In this document: piece after piece, positions 19,091 to 27,942 of the stretch
How positions within the stretch are numbered: position 1 is the first letter of the stretch
How the letters are laid out: the number at the start of each line of letters is the position of its first letter
DNA from: a virus
Lineage: Duplodnaviria > Caudoviricetes
Reading direction: 5' to 3' (one strand)
IMG/VR virus record: IMGVR_UViG_3300032246_002701
Coordinates: 1,512 to 65,511 of that record
DNA length: 64,000 nucleotides
Program-made: the position numbers and the translations under genes
Notes under the pieces: model-generated
The model's input: the letters and a program-made list of their open reading frames with translations, nothing else
What the model was told of the DNA's origin: nothing
Databases searched by the model: none

Positions 19091-20190
19091 TGAGCAAAGC
19101 ACAGTATGACATCAGCAAGCAGACTAATTATCTTAAAAGAAAAATGTTTCTAGATCCAGAGGGTCCGGTAACTGTACAAAGATTTGAAGAAGTTAAATAT
19201 CCTAAGATTCAAAAGTTCGAAGAGTTAGCCCGTGGCTTCTTTTGGGTTCCAGAAGAGATCAGTCTCACCAAAGACAAGATGGATCACAAAGAAGCCACTG
19301 AAGCAATTAAACATATCTTTACCAGTAATCTACTACGTCAGACTGCATTAGACAGCATTCAAGGCCGCGCACCTAGCCAAGTTTTTAGTCCAGTGATTTC
19401 AATCCCTGAGTTAGAAGCACTGGTCTGCAATTGGAACTTTTTTGAGACAAACATTCACTCAAAGAGTTACAGTCACATTATTAGGAATGTTTATGGTGTG
19501 CCCAAAGAAGAGTTCAACAAAATTCACGACACGGCTGAAATTGTTAATATGGCTGCTAATATTGGTCGCTACTATGAAGATCTTCATACTCTCAACTGCC
19601 GTAAAGAGTTGGGTCAAGAAGTTGATGAATTTCTTCACAAGCGAGCCATATGGATGGCCCTACATGCATCCTACGCTCTCGAGGCCCTACGGTTCATGGT
19701 ATCATTTGCCACTAGTCTGGCTATGGTAGAAAACAAGATCTATATTGGTAATGGAAATATTATCAGTCTTATTCTACAAGATGAATTACTGCACACAGAG
19801 TGGACAGCCTGGCTAATCAATAATGTGGTCAAGGATGACAGTGATTTTGCTAAATTACAAGAACAGTGTGCAGACGAAGTTTATAAACTATACATGGAAG
19901 TGATTCAAGAAGAAAAAGGTTGGGCAGATTACTTGTTTAAAAAGGGAGTGGTCATTGGATTAAATTCCACAATATTAAAAGACTTTGTGGACTATACCGC
20001 ATTTACTCGTCTTAAAGATATTGGAATTAAATATCTGGAAGATCATCCTAAAACTAGCCCTATACCTTGGTTTAACAAACATGTTAATATTAATAAAAAA
20101 CAAACTGCTCTACAGGAAAACGAAAGTACCAATTATGTTATTGGGGTAATGAGTGATGCTGTAGATTATGATCAATTACCAGATTTATGA
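19090..20190 (+). CDS. nrdB: Class Ia ribonucleotide reductase beta subunit
   Basis: FFWVPEEI, LDSIQ, ETNIHSKSY, LEALRFMVSF, QDELLH, QENESTNY. Confidence 0.95.
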   Translation: MSKAQYDISKQTNYLKRKMFLDPEGPVTVQRFEEVKYPKIQKFEELARGFFWVPEEISLTKDKMDHKEATEAIKHIFTSNLLRQTALDSIQGRAPSQVFSPVISIPELEALVCNWNFFETNIHSKSYSHIIRNVYGVPKEEFNKIHDTAEIVNMAANIGRYYEDLHTLNCRKELGQEVDEFLHKRAIWMALHASYALEALRFMVSFATSLAMVENKIYIGNGNIISLILQDELLHTEWTAWLINNVVKDDSDFAKLQEQCADEVYKLYMEVIQEEKGWADYLFKKGVVIGLNSTILKDFVDYTAFTRLKDIGIKYLEDHPKTSPIPWFNKHVNINKKQTALQENESTNYVIGVMSDAVDYDQLPDL

Positions 20191-20200
20191 GAGAACAAAT

Positions 20201-20371
20201 ATGGCAAAAATACAAGAAGAAATTATTATAATTAAATTAAGCAAATTACAAAAAACTAGTGTAGCCAATTCAGAAAGATTAATTGGTAATGACTTTGCCA
20301 CTAACCTTGAAGATATTGTTCAAGAATTAGTAGGCGATGGTGTTGTAGTTGAAGTTGAAACAGGAGAATAA
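20201..20371 (+). CDS. Small hypothetical protein
   Basis: MAKIQEEIIIIKLSKL..., in operon. Confidence 0.55.
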   Translation: MAKIQEEIIIIKLSKLQKTSVANSERLIGNDFATNLEDIVQELVGDGVVVEVETGE

Positions 20372-20374
20372 ATT

Positions 20375-20620
20375 ATGACCAAAGCGGTAATTTGGAGTAA
20401 GTATCATTGTCCTTTTTGTGATCAGGCCAAATCCCTGCTAAAACAAAAAGGCATAGAGTTTGAAGAACGTAAAATCGGAGATGGTTATACTCGAGAACAA
20501 TTGCTTGAATCTGTGCCCACAGCGAGAACTGTTCCACAAATTTTTATTGACGATCAATTGATCGGTGGTTTTACAGAATTAAAAAAGTTTTTTGAGGAAC
20601 AGGTAGATAATGCCTCTTGA
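20375..20620 (+). CDS. grx: Glutaredoxin
   Basis: CPFC, TVPQIFI, IGGF. Confidence 0.93.
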   Translation: MTKAVIWSKYHCPFCDQAKSLLKQKGIEFEERKIGDGYTREQLLESVPTARTVPQIFIDDQLIGGFTELKKFFEEQVDNAS

Positions 20621-20771
20621 TCCACGAGATCAAAAAATTTCAAATCTGGAACAGCAGGTTAAAAAACTGTTGGATCAGATTAATCGAATGAATCGACAAA
20701 TTAGTTTTCTTGAAAGAGAAAATGCTCGAAGAAAACAAGATGTTAATCAATTAGCAAATAGAAAAGGATAA
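20610..20771 (+). CDS. Small coiled-coil protein (53 aa, not in ORF track)
   Basis: MPLDPRDQKISNLEQQVKKLLDQINRMNRQISFLERENARRKQ... fills the gap exactly. Confidence 0.5.
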   Translation: MPLDPRDQKISNLEQQVKKLLDQINRMNRQISFLERENARRKQDVNQLANRKG

Positions 20772-20773
20772 AA

Positions 20774-21061
20774 ATGCTATTATCAAAACCTATGAAAGCC
20801 GGAGAACCGGTTAGTATCAAACTGATCAGTGGTGAAGAAATTATCGCTAGACTAGAAGAAGAAACTGCGGATGCAGTAAAAATATATAAGCCCTTAATGG
20901 TTACTGTGGGAGCACAGGGTCTGGGCATGATGCCATTTATTTTTTTAAATGGATCGGATATTATTACTATTAAAATGCAACATATCATTGCTATGGGAGT
21001 TGCTAAAAAAGATGCAGCAGATCAATATGTTCAAGGTACCACTGGGATTGCACTCGCGTAA
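20774..21061 (+). CDS. Hypothetical protein, Sm-like fold (T4-like phage family)
   Basis: SIKLISGEEIIA pattern. Confidence 0.6.
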   Translation: MLLSKPMKAGEPVSIKLISGEEIIARLEEETADAVKIYKPLMVTVGAQGLGMMPFIFLNGSDIITIKMQHIIAMGVAKKDAADQYVQGTTGIALA

Positions 21062-21093
21062 ATATATCTACGTAATTTAAAAGGAGATCATTT

Positions 21094-21924
21094 ATGCCAT
21101 TTATTCGCCGACCGGTAGGAAGAAAGTTCGACACTTTACCCGGGGTGCAGGAACTTTACAAAAGTACCAATGTATTTGTAAACAATGTACCAGTTGCACT
21201 ATGGGACATACCAAATGGCACCGGCGGATCTTTTGACGGCGTAGATATTCCCAGTAATCCGTATACTGTTGAATATGCAGGAAATGTTATTAACGAAGTT
21301 GGATCATTTGCCCCCCACGATGACCCGGATAGTACTGTGGTTAACTATGGAATTCCAGATAATACATCTCCGATAATTGAGGGTGCAACAACTGATAATA
21401 CCACTGCTACTAAACTTACTCCAATAGTCTCCCCCACTGTTTGTGGATCTTTTGCAACTGATCCGATCGATTACAACCAACAGTTAACAACTAATTATAC
21501 TATAGGTAGTCTTTCGACTAGAGCCTTTTTCAAACATAATATTGTTGCACAACACGGACTCACAGTTGCGGATATCATATGTAATCTTAAAGCAGTTGCG
21601 GAAATTCAATTGGAACCAATTCGAAAGAAATATCCTGGATTTCAGATCAATAGCGGATTTAGAAAAGGTGACAGCACGAGTCAACACGAGCGTGGGCAGG
21701 CCGTAGATATGCAATGGCTCGGACAGTCTGCAGCGGACTCTTTACTGATTGCTTATTGGATTAGAGATAATTTACCATTTGATCAAATGATTTATGAACA
21801 TGGAAACAATCGAGGAGTTTGGATACATGTCAGTTTCGATAGAAATAAAAAGAAACAAAAAGGTGAACTATTGACCATGCTCAGCGGCAGATATACATCG
21901 GGTTTAACTAATTTTTATGGCTAA
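21094..21924 (+). CDS. Peptidase M15A domain protein (peptidoglycan endopeptidase)
   Basis: INSGFR, SQHERGQAVD, WIHVSF zinc ligands. Confidence 0.85.
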   Translation: MPFIRRPVGRKFDTLPGVQELYKSTNVFVNNVPVALWDIPNGTGGSFDGVDIPSNPYTVEYAGNVINEVGSFAPHDDPDSTVVNYGIPDNTSPIIEGATTDNTTATKLTPIVSPTVCGSFATDPIDYNQQLTTNYTIGSLSTRAFFKHNIVAQHGLTVADIICNLKAVAEIQLEPIRKKYPGFQINSGFRKGDSTSQHERGQAVDMQWLGQSAADSLLIAYWIRDNLPFDQMIYEHGNNRGVWIHVSFDRNKKKQKGELLTMLSGRYTSGLTNFYG

Positions 21925-22028
21925 AAAGAATTTGTGAGAGCATGTGCATGGCACTGAGTATGGTGAGAGACCGGGAGGTAGAGGGGGCCAAAACTCACAA
22001 ATCCCCTCAAATTTTGGTAAAATATCGA

Positions 22029-22057
22029 TTGACACAGCCCAAATTTCTGTGTATAAT
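22029..22057 (+). promoter_or_regulatory. Consensus sigma70 promoter
   Basis: TTGACA-17 nt-TATAAT. Confidence 0.85.
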
Positions 22058-22102
22058 ATACATATAGGCTAATAAATTAACTTACTTTAAAAGGCTAATG
22101 CT

Positions 22103-22249
22103 ATGTACCAGTTTCGAGTTTGGGTTCGTCTTAACCAGTATCAAACTGCTGATATTGTGATTAATGCCAACAATGATTGGGAAGCCAAACTACTCGCAGA
22201 AGGCATGTACGGTCAAGGTAATGTGCTTAATTATACTCGAATTAATTAA
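22103..22249 (+). CDS. Small hypothetical protein (48 aa)
   Basis: MYQFRVWVRLNQYQTADIVINANNDWEAKLLAEGMYGQGNVLNYTRIN; TAATG coupling to the next gene. Confidence 0.6.
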   Translation: MYQFRVWVRLNQYQTADIVINANNDWEAKLLAEGMYGQGNVLNYTRIN

Positions 22250-22749
22250 TGAGTGAAGAAGAGGCTGACAGGTCAAATTTAGCCAAAGGCCAAAATAGTT
22301 TCGATATTGCACCAGGGGGATCTTTGGTGCAATTTTTTAACAGAAACTCCACCCCTTATCCTGTTGAAGTAGGCGGCCCAAAGTTTGACCTGGTCCCTGT
22401 GACCAAACAGAAAGATGTCATGCTCAATGTGGCCAGATTACATGCCCGCCAAGAGTATGATCGAATTATGCAATTGGTTTCAGTGCTGCAAGAACAGGCC
22501 GCTCAAATTAAACGTCGGTTAGATGTAACAGATCAAGTTTACGCAGCGGAATATCAGTTTCAAGTTCATCACGGTAGTTGTTATTGGTTGGCCGTTGACA
22601 CCAGACGGGAAAAGACTATACTATGTCATATGGGTCCTACAGAGTGGAGTACAGGTGCACCTGATCACTACGAGTATTTGGCCCGCGTTAAGTTTTTGGG
22701 AGACCATACTTGGATTGAAGTGGACCATGATGGCAACCCAATATGGTGA
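22249..22749 (+). CDS. DUF2452-like protein
   Basis: PYPVEVGGPKF...AEYQF...MGPTEW...LGDHTW. Confidence 0.65.
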   Translation: MSEEEADRSNLAKGQNSFDIAPGGSLVQFFNRNSTPYPVEVGGPKFDLVPVTKQKDVMLNVARLHARQEYDRIMQLVSVLQEQAAQIKRRLDVTDQVYAAEYQFQVHHGSCYWLAVDTRREKTILCHMGPTEWSTGAPDHYEYLARVKFLGDHTWIEVDHDGNPIW

Positions 22750-22846
22750 ATAAATAAAAGTATTCGTTGAAGGTAGAAGTATAAGGGCAAGACGCGGCTC
22801 TCGGATGCCGCCATCTTCACCAGAAGCACATACGCCGATAGCAGGC

Positions 22847-23179
22847 GACTAAGGCAGCTATGCGAAATCTTAGTTTTATGTGTGCTTCTGATGGAGATGC
22901 CAACTCCACCATAAGGAGATTTTATGAAGAAAACATTTTTATGTGAACTTGAAAAAGATGACAAAGTTTGTAAAGCCATTGTAAGAGCCAATGATATGGA
23001 AGAAGCAGTTAGAAATTTATCACTAAATTGGCGAGTAATTAGCATAAAAGAACATCAAATCTCTTTATGATGAGCCTGACCAGGTTTCGACGTGGTGATC
23101 AGTATGAACCTGGAGAATCGGCAAAGCAGAAGCCGTTAGACTAAGGCAGCTATGCGAAATCTTAGTTTTATGTGTGCTT
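22847..23179 (+). repeat. 41-nt exact direct repeat (22847-22887 and 23139-23179)
   Basis: GACTAAGGCAGCTATGCGAAATCTTAGTTTTATGTGTGCTT occurs twice. Confidence 0.9.
22924..23070 (+). CDS. Small ORF (48 aa) inside a tmRNA-type intervening hairpin
   Basis: AAGGAG RBS; MKKTFLCELEKDDKVCKAIVRANDMEEAVRNLSLNWRVISIKEHQISL. Confidence 0.55.
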   Translation: MKKTFLCELEKDDKVCKAIVRANDMEEAVRNLSLNWRVISIKEHQISL

Positions 23180-23395
23180 TTGGTGAATTAGTAGAAGAAT
23201 TCGGTGAAGGGAACAGAAAAGCATTGCGGACGCGGGTTCGATTCCCGCCTCCTCCACCAAAAGCACATTCTTTGAGGTCTTGGTCGTTACCAGCGTAGCA
23301 AAAACGGCGACAGAGTGTGTTTTTGGAGGGGGAGACCTGGTTTCGACGTGGTGATCAGTATGAACTTGGAGAATCGGCAAAGCAGAAGCCGTTAG
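23078..23395 (+). repeat. 62-nt direct repeat of the tmRNA 5' segment (23078-23139 and 23334-23395)
   Basis: Two copies differing at 2 positions. Confidence 0.9.
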
Positions 23396-23515
23396 GGTTG
23401 GGATTACCCGGCCGTAGAAGCAAATCAAGTAAATGCAAACGATGCATATTTCGGAGAAACACGCCTAGCGGCCTGATCTCTGCGGGGTTTGATCAACCTT
23501 GTTACCAAATAGATC
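23190..23515 (+). ncRNA. ssrA: Circularly permuted (two-piece) tmRNA
   Basis: T-arm and acceptor 3' end GCGGGTTCGATTCCCGC-CTCCTCC-ACCA ends at 23259; intervening hairpin; 5' end GGGGGAG-ACCTGGTTTCGAC at 23328 gives a G3.U70 pair; tag frame 23435-23476 reads ANDAYFGETRLAA*. Outer boundaries are approximate. Confidence 0.9.
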
Positions 23516-23543
23516 AGAAAGGCTCTTTGGGGCCTTTCTTTTT
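23516..23543 (+). terminator. Intrinsic terminator after tmRNA
   Basis: AGAAAGGCTC/GGGCCTTTCT stem plus T-run. Confidence 0.75.
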
Positions 23544-23621
23544 GATTAATATTTGAATATCTAATTGTAACAAATAAGTTTACAAAATTTAATAAATAAA
23601 TGTTTAAAGGAGGGCAAGTTT

Positions 23622-23780
23622 ATGAAACAGTCTAAGTTGGTTTCTAAGTTGTATAAGGCTTGCATCGACCATGATACAGAAACAATTGCTGAACTTCGTA
23701 AAAAAGAGTTCGCCAAGATACTGAAACGTAAGGCCGAGGGAAAAGCATTTACACCTCGATGGACCGTGGTTAAAATTTAA
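23622..23780 (+). CDS. Small basic hypothetical protein (52 aa)
   Basis: AAGGAGG RBS, upstream TAAATA, downstream 14-bp hairpin 23784-23815. Confidence 0.6.
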   Translation: MKQSKLVSKLYKACIDHDTETIAELRKKEFAKILKRKAEGKAFTPRWTVVKI

Positions 23781-23865
23781 TACATAGATGGGGCTATTTT
23801 GATAGCCCCATCTATTTGTAATTGTATTGTAATGCTATATCGTAAAAGTCGCGATAAATACAATT

Positions 23866-24666
23866 ATGAAAGAAACAAAAAAGTATCGAACAATATCAAT
23901 TTCAGATGTTCATCTAGGTACCAAGGATTGTAAAGCAGAGCAGCTGGTTTCCTTTCTGAAAAATAATGATTGCGAAACACTATACCTAGTCGGTGATATT
24001 ATTGATGCTTGGAAAATTCAACAGAACAGACTAAAGTGGAAACAGAGCCATACAGACGTAATTCGTTGCATACTGAAACAGGCCAAACAAGGCACCAGAG
24101 TAGTGTATGTAGCAGGCAATCACGACGAGTTTCTACGTCCAATGATTCCCTATAATGTTACTTTTGGCAGAATAGAAATCTGCAACCAGACTACTCATTA
24201 TTCAGCGGATGGAAAACAATATCTAGTTGTTCATGGCGATCTCTTTGATGGAATCACGCGATTGGCTCCTTGGATCAGTTTTCTTGGAGATCGAGCCTAC
24301 GATTTTATTTTAGGTGTAAATAGCAGATTTAATTGGATGCGACATCGTTTAGGATTTGGTTACTGGAGCCTGAGTAAATTTCTAAAACGTCGAGTTAAAA
24401 AAGCAGTAGATTTTATGTTTCAATTTGAAAAGACCATTAGTGATTACGCAAAAAAACGCAAGTTTGATGGTGTGATTTGCGGCCATATACATCATGCAGA
24501 AATTAAAGAGATCAATGGTATAATTTATATGAATGATGGAGATTGGGTAGAAAGTTGTACAGCCTTGGTCGAACATTGGGATGGACAGTGGGAAATTATA
24601 ACATGGACCGAGGAGCAAGACAATGTGGTTACTAATACTGTTAGCAGTCAACATCAACAATCATAA
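23866..24666 (+). CDS. plcP: PlcP-like phospholipase C (LpxH-like metallophosphoesterase)
   Basis: ISDVHLG, LVGDIID, AGNHDE, VHGD, YWSLS, ICGHIH, GDWVESCTALVEH. Confidence 0.8.
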   Translation: MKETKKYRTISISDVHLGTKDCKAEQLVSFLKNNDCETLYLVGDIIDAWKIQQNRLKWKQSHTDVIRCILKQAKQGTRVVYVAGNHDEFLRPMIPYNVTFGRIEICNQTTHYSADGKQYLVVHGDLFDGITRLAPWISFLGDRAYDFILGVNSRFNWMRHRLGFGYWSLSKFLKRRVKKAVDFMFQFEKTISDYAKKRKFDGVICGHIHHAEIKEINGIIYMNDGDWVESCTALVEHWDGQWEIITWTEEQDNVVTNTVSSQHQQS

Positions 24667-24799
24667 CGACATTCCGGGAAGAATTGAAATGACCTTTCAG
24701 GATCAACAGACCTGTGTTCAGGCTTTGAATTCGATGACATTTCAGTTAAAATTTGATAGTTTTAAGGTAGTAGGTAAATGCGAACGAAAACAATCTTAA
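24623..24799 (+). CDS. Small secreted hypothetical protein (58 aa)
   Basis: AGGAG RBS; MWLLILLAV..., two Cys; fills the gap between plcP and the GT. Confidence 0.5.
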   Translation: MWLLILLAVNINNHNDIPGRIEMTFQDQQTCVQALNSMTFQLKFDSFKVVGKCERKQS

Positions 24800-25794
24800 T
24801 TATCACAGATAATCTTCCGGATCAAATAAATGGTGTTAATACGACCTACAAAAATCTTGAACCGCATGCGATTCGCGATGGTTATACTGTACATACTATT
24901 CATCCCGGGTGGTTCAGCTATGTTGATTGCCCTAAATATAACGAAGTCAAACTTGCCTGGCCGCGGCATATGGGGGAGAAGATCGAGGAGATTGCTCCGG
25001 ATTATATACATATCGCAACCGAAGGTCCTCTTGGTCTGTGGGCTCGAGCATATCTTTCATTGGCTGATATTCCTCATAATACCGCTTATCACACTCGTTT
25101 TCCCGAAGGGTTAAAGAAATTGTTTGGCTTTCCTGAGAGCCTAACCTGGTTGTTTGTTCGATGGTTTCATAAGCATAGCGGCAAGGTGCTTACTACCACA
25201 GACTCAATGGTAGCAGAATTACGTGCTCACGGATTCAGTGGCGAAGTCATTTCTTGGACGCGCGGCGTGGATCGAGAAATATTTTATCCAAACTTTGACA
25301 AAGAATCTAGTGCAGATACAAAATATCCTGTACTAGTCTGTGTTAGTCGTGTGAGCAAAGAAAAGAACCTAGAAGATTTTTTTGAATTAGATTATCCGGG
25401 CGCAAAGAAAATTATGGTAGGCGATGGACCTATGCGAAAAATCTACGAAAAGAAATATCCCGATGTTGAATTTGTGGGATTTAAAACAGGATCGGATCTG
25501 GCAAACTATTATAGATCAGCAGATGTGTTTGTATTTCCCAGCCGATGGGAAACATTTGGTATAGTGATGATTGAATCTATGGCCTGCGGCACGCCTGTGG
25601 CGGCTTATCCTTGTCAAGGGCCCGAAGATGTTGTAGATGAAGGTATTACAGGCTGTATGAACGAAGATTTAAAACAAGCAGTCAAAGATTCCCTAATGTT
25701 AGATCGTAGAAAGGTTTGGCAAGGTAGTAATCGATGGAGTTGGGAACAGGCATGGCGTATCTTCCGAGACAATTTACTTGATAAAAACATTTAG
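24778..25794 (+). CDS. GT4 glycosyltransferase, Agt-like glycolipid synthase
   Basis: ITD..P.QINGV, HIATEGPLG, YHTRFPE, RGVD, RVSKEKN, FPSRWETFGIVMIESMACGTPV. Confidence 0.85.
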   Translation: MRTKTILIITDNLPDQINGVNTTYKNLEPHAIRDGYTVHTIHPGWFSYVDCPKYNEVKLAWPRHMGEKIEEIAPDYIHIATEGPLGLWARAYLSLADIPHNTAYHTRFPEGLKKLFGFPESLTWLFVRWFHKHSGKVLTTTDSMVAELRAHGFSGEVISWTRGVDREIFYPNFDKESSADTKYPVLVCVSRVSKEKNLEDFFELDYPGAKKIMVGDGPMRKIYEKKYPDVEFVGFKTGSDLANYYRSADVFVFPSRWETFGIVMIESMACGTPVAAYPCQGPEDVVDEGITGCMNEDLKQAVKDSLMLDRRKVWQGSNRWSWEQAWRIFRDNLLDKNI

Positions 25795-25847
25795 ATTTTT
25801 AAAACGACCACAAAGATAGAGTGGTGCTGGATGCTCGTAACCAGTAT

Positions 25848-25875
25848 GAAAGGCTCTTCGGAGCCTTTCTTTTTT
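25848..25875 (+). terminator. Intrinsic terminator
   Basis: GAAAGGCTC-TTCG-GAGCCTTTC plus T-run. Confidence 0.85.
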
Positions 25876-25996
25876 GTCATAAATTTATTAAATTATCATT
25901 GAATATTGTTTATTGAACGTGATAATAAAAGAGTTTTATTTTATCTTAAAATGTTATATAATTAAACTTTATAACTTTCGGAGTCTACTTGTGAGT

Positions 25997-26380
25997 ATGC
26001 ATCTTCACCACCCTAGTCTTTCTCTAAACGGTAAGTATCGTGGCAAGAAAAAGTTTCGAAATGCTGATGAAGCTCGAAAAGCCAGAGAACTCGAAGAAGA
26101 ATGGAAATTTCTTCAAAAGAAATGGGGCATCGGGCAAGATAGTAAAAAGAAAAAACCTGCTGCTATACCCTACGATACTCAACCAAATGTTTATCGTAGA
26201 GAAACTGGGCCCCGTCCTCCTAGCCTAGATTCCGGTGTTAAAGGTGCCGTCACAGTCAAACAGACACCTCACTATACCGGAGAAAATCTAGTCGGCATCG
26301 CCGTTATGCATAAGAGTTGCCTACAGCCTATTTTTAACCAACAGCAGGCAATTGATTCGGCTACCATGCGTCGAGGTTAA
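25997..26380 (+). CDS. Hypothetical basic phage protein
   Basis: YTGENLVGIAVMHKSCLQPIF...MRR C-terminal motif. Confidence 0.65.
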   Translation: MHLHHPSLSLNGKYRGKKKFRNADEARKARELEEEWKFLQKKWGIGQDSKKKKPAAIPYDTQPNVYRRETGPRPPSLDSGVKGAVTVKQTPHYTGENLVGIAVMHKSCLQPIFNQQQAIDSATMRRG

Positions 26381-26383
26381 TTT

Positions 26384-27547
26384 ATGAAAACTACTTTTAA
26401 TGAAAAATTTATAGCATATCTTGCGCTTATCAGCGGGCTGTCGATTTCGGCAGTAGCAATTTATTATTCAGTTTCCGGACTTACTGCTATATTTGCCGCT
26501 GCTGCAATTCCGGTAATTATTATGGGAGTAGTGCTAGAAGTAGGTAAACTAGTGGCTACGGCTTGGCTCAAGCAGAATTGGAAAATAGCACCGCTAGTAT
26601 TTAAAATTTCTCTTTTATCCTCAATTGCTATTCTAATGGCTATTACTTCAATGGGAATTTTTGGATTCCTTAGCAAAGCACACATAGATCAAGGGGTTCC
26701 TAGTTCTGATGTGGCTGCAAAAATCTCATTGTTCGACGAGCAAATTAGAGTCGAACGTGATAATATTGAAGCAGCCCGAGACACCCTTAAACAATATGAT
26801 TTGGGCGTGGACCAACTGATGTCTAGGACCTCAGATGCCAAAGGAGCAGAACGAGCAGTGAATCTTAGAAGGAGTCAACAAAAAGATCGAGCCAAGTTAT
26901 TGTTAGACATTTCCGAATCTCAAAAGAAAATTTCAGAAATTAATGCCGAGCGAGCACCGCTGGCAGCACAATTACGGCAGGTTGAAGCAGAAGTAGGACC
27001 TATTAAATATATCGCTGCATTCTTTTATGGTTCAACTAACCCAGAAATTCTTGAAAAAGCGGTAACTTGGGTAATTATTATTTTGATTATGGTTTTTGAT
27101 CCATTGGCTGTTATTCTGTTATTAGCAGCACAGACCAGTTTTCAAAATTTTCGAACTCGAGAAGACTTGCTATCATTTAATCCCGTTGTGCCTATTAATT
27201 CACAAACAAATCATCAATCAGAACCACAACAATCTGCAGTAATAGATGAATATAAAGAAATATTTCGAACAGATCCTCAAATACAAGAAATTGCACCTCA
27301 ACCGGATATATCATTAGAACAGGATCAACCTACATTGGATCCCATGATTGATCAAATTTCTCTTGAAGAACAGCAAAATACTAATACGGCAGCAAATACT
27401 ATTACTCAAGAAGAGTATACTAAGGTTAGTGAAGAACGAAGACAAGATGTTGAAATCAATCGATGGATAAATTTAGTAAGATCTGGAAAAGTTAAAATGA
27501 CTGATATTCCTAAGAATGTTTTACTAGAAGTAAAGGCCAGAATTTAA
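26384..27547 (+). CDS. Membrane protein with long coiled coil
   Basis: N-terminal TM helices, GFLSKAH, coiled coil, EVGPIKY, VFDPLA TM. Confidence 0.7.
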   Translation: MKTTFNEKFIAYLALISGLSISAVAIYYSVSGLTAIFAAAAIPVIIMGVVLEVGKLVATAWLKQNWKIAPLVFKISLLSSIAILMAITSMGIFGFLSKAHIDQGVPSSDVAAKISLFDEQIRVERDNIEAARDTLKQYDLGVDQLMSRTSDAKGAERAVNLRRSQQKDRAKLLLDISESQKKISEINAERAPLAAQLRQVEAEVGPIKYIAAFFYGSTNPEILEKAVTWVIIILIMVFDPLAVILLLAAQTSFQNFRTREDLLSFNPVVPINSQTNHQSEPQQSAVIDEYKEIFRTDPQIQEIAPQPDISLEQDQPTLDPMIDQISLEEQQNTNTAANTITQEEYTKVSEERRQDVEINRWINLVRSGKVKMTDIPKNVLLEVKARI

Positions 27548-27942
27548 TGGAGGGAAAAATTACATTAATCACACCACCGGATATTTTTGAGAATGATTCG
27601 CACAGTATTCTTTTCATACATCTTTCTGATCAAGACCAAATAGCAGTTAGTGAATGGTTATCTAGATCTTCAATCAAGGAAAATATCAATGTCTATTTCT
27701 ACGATCAAGAAATAGAATTAACTTGGTTGTTTCATGCAATTGCTCGCTGTGATTACACATTTATTGATACCGACAATACGACAGAAACAACCGATGCATT
27801 GAGCGGATATATTCTTGGTAAAAAAAATACATTCTATAAAACTGTTAGTGAAAATAAATCCGCAGTTTATCATTATATAAACCAAAATCGGATAACTAAT
27901 ATTGAATTATTTTTAGAAAAGGCATTTGATGTCAAGGACTGA
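27547..27942 (+). CDS. Hypothetical protein
   Basis: 131 aa, translationally coupled. Confidence 0.6.
   Translation: MEGKITLITPPDIFENDSHSILFIHLSDQDQIAVSEWLSRSSIKENINVYFYDQEIELTWLFHAIARCDYTFIDTDNTTETTDALSGYILGKKNTFYKTVSENKSAVYHYINQNRITNIELFLEKAFDVKD

Larger units (their letters stand above)
22746..23179 (+). pseudogene. Mosaic of degenerate tmRNA fragments and intervening hairpins
   Basis: Two extra ..CACCA ends (22822, 22911), an extra 5'-end copy (GACCAGGTTTCGAC, 23078), and 62-nt and 41-nt direct repeats. Confidence 0.65.

Noticed and set aside
23231-23259. Standard tRNA gene
   Set aside because: T-arm and CCA are present, but the matching 5' strand lies downstream and there is no anticodon arm; explained by the permuted tmRNA
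22847-23395. CRISPR array
   Set aside because: Each repeat occurs only twice, lengths are 41 and 62 nt, and they are tmRNA-derived; no cas genes apart from a generic Cas4-like exonuclease 11 kb away
22668-23556. ORF-track entries 22668-23045(-), 23168-23428(-) and 23317-23556(+)
   Set aside because: They overlap the tmRNA locus and have no convincing RBS or protein motifs
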